From Selaginella moellendorffii (Eukaryota; Plantae; Lycopodiophyta), in NCBI RefSeq assembly GCF_000143415.4, contig NW_003314262.1, positions 534,078 to 598,077 on the forward strand: a DNA stretch of 64,000 bases. The letters are read 5' to 3'. How positions within the stretch are numbered: position 1 is the first letter of the stretch; every line of letters starts with the position of its first letter. The notes below the pieces were generated by a model. That model was given only the letters and a program-made list of their open reading frames with translations. It had not been told where the DNA came from and did not search any database. The translations under genes were made by a program, and so were the position numbers. Shown here piece by piece: positions 62,209-64,000 of the stretch.

Positions 62209-64000
62209 TCAGCTCCAATTCTTCTGAGGCTTGTGAAATGGACTTCTTTCCATACTGGTGCGTAGCGGACTATGTTGTGGACTGTGTAGAGGCTTCTGAG
62301 CGGGAGAGTGTTTCATCGGACTTGGCAAGGGACTGTGGCGAGTCTCGAACGCAAAAGCCTTCGGGGTGCTTGCCTGAGAGACGGTTGCCTGATACTCCTT
62401 TCGTATGTTCCAGAGGATTTCCGCAGCTTCTTTCATACTTGGTCTGTCTCTCCTGCTAGGTGCTGCGCATTTGAAGGCCAGCTCCGCGAGCATCTCCAGT
62501 AGAGTCACCAATGGTGGATTCTTCGGAAGGGCAGGGTCCAAAACATCCTGAATATTTCCCTCGACAAACTTCTTGAAGGCCTGTAAGCAAAACTTAAAAT
62601 CCAATCATGACCAATCCCGCGTCATTTGCTTACCCATCTAATTGTAATGCGCTCGTCACTTGGTCTGGAAAGCTCGATTGGTCTCCTTGCCGAAAAAATC
62701 TCCATGAGCAAAATGCCAAACGAGTAGACGTCACTTTTCGTTGTGAGCTGATATGTTTGAAGGTATTCGGGGTCCAAGTAACCCGCCGTGCCTTTGACCT
62801 GTGTTGAGACATGAGTTGCTCCCACATCCGAAGGCCCGACTCTCGAAAATCCAAAATCCGCAACCTTGGCTCTGCAGGTGTCCGTGAGCAGGATGTTAGA
62901 CGACTTGACGTCCCTGTGGATGATAGGCTGCTCTGAAACAAGGACACAAAGAGTCATTACAATTGGCAATAAGGGAGTTGAAGAAAGAGATCTTTGAGAC
63001 AAATGGTACCTGCATACTGGTGAAGGTACGTGAGAGCGTGAGCTACGTCGATGGCAATATCCAGCCTCGTCGAGAAATCAAGAATGTTATGAGCATCTTA
63101 AAACCCGAAAAACGTAAGTTCGTGTTTAAACATGAAAACAGGGCTTACCATCGAGGTGCTGGCGTAAATTTCGATTCGGAACGTACTCAACAACAAGTAT
63201 GCGTTCCCGCTCGTCCTCATGATAACCAACGAGTTTCACGAGATTTAAGTGTTCAATGCTGGACAGCATGTTAACCTCGTTTTCAAACTCCTTGGTGTGA
63301 CGAGTCTCAAAGGAGTCCTGAAGTGGCAGAGAATTATATTTGTGAAAATGAATTGGAAATTCTTACCCTTTTTGCTCGCTTGACCGCAACCAAAGTGCCA
63401 TCCCTGAGCTTTCCTTTGTAGATTGTTCCAGAGGAGCCACCTCCAATCTTATGACTGGATGAAAAGCTTCCCGTGATTCGGTTAAGTTCGGCCATTGTGA
63501 ACGTCAATGCCCCCGACCCTGTCGTGCTCATTTTAATGCAAGACGACGCCGGTTGCGAAGATAAAGAAGTTCCCTCCTTTGGAGAAGAAGATTTAGAAAT
63601 GTTCGCTGCAAGAAAAACCAAAATCGAGTAAAAAACATTCGAATTTTTTTCCAAGCTTACATGATTCATCCTTTGGAAAGGTACGAGGCTTGTCGTTCTT
63701 GTGCTTGGCTTGAAGACACGGGCACAGGACCAAGCAAGTCAGAAGAGTACCAGATCCAGCGACTAAGATCATCGAGCCAGCACCTCCTCCTACTTTGGCT
63801 TGCTCAAATCTACCAAACTTCCGACCATAGCCTTCCACTGTTGTAAAAGACTTGGTCAGAAAGTTCTATACGCCAAAAAATTAGTACTCGTTGCAAATCA
63901 CCTTGTCGCTGCTGGAAATCCAAACCATCTGATTCCTGGCAGTGTACGCGCCCGATCCCCAGAAGAAAAACCAGTAGAACGATACCTTCGATCGATATTT
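62209..64000 (-). CDS. Calmodulin-binding receptor-like cytoplasmic kinase (CRCK/RLCK-IV-like); 5' end at or beyond the window edge
   Basis: VAVKRAKR; [18 protein letters not shown]; [11 protein letters not shown]; [24 protein letters not shown]; [32 protein letters not shown]; hydrophobic segment ending in CLVLCPC upstream. Confidence 0.85.

Overview
This is eukaryotic land-plant nuclear DNA. Very short GT-AG introns (~45-60 nt), gene-dense GC-rich islands, a PPR gene built from 31-aa SS-type repeats and a flagellar SHIPPO-repeat gene together suggest a lycophyte such as Selaginella (inference, not checked). Layout: 1-13 kb is AT-rich, degenerate TE debris around an intronless G-type lectin S-domain receptor kinase. 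12.7-27.4 kb is a dense gene island: decayed SHIPPO copy, PLS-E PPR, SHIPPO/ODF3-like gene, condensin II CAP-G2, CDF-type Dof factor, snurportin-1 and GT64/EPC1. 29-59.5 kb is an array of FAD-dependent monooxygenases (one apparently intact, three pseudogenes/fragments) interrupted by a three-level nest of LTR retroelements: element 1 at 32636-56188 (TSD CTTGC), chromovirus element 2 at 37422-53200 (TSD GACAC), and non-coding element 3 at ~39895-47520. 59.5-64 kb holds a truncated tRNA-Arg, glutamate decarboxylase and a convergent CRCK-like kinase. The most unusual signals are paired tRNA T-arm/B-box hairpins conserved in two retroelements, a templated inverted gag-protease duplication, an atypical insertion junction, and the sperm-tail SHIPPO gene with its decayed copy. 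I found no clearly new multi-gene biological system.
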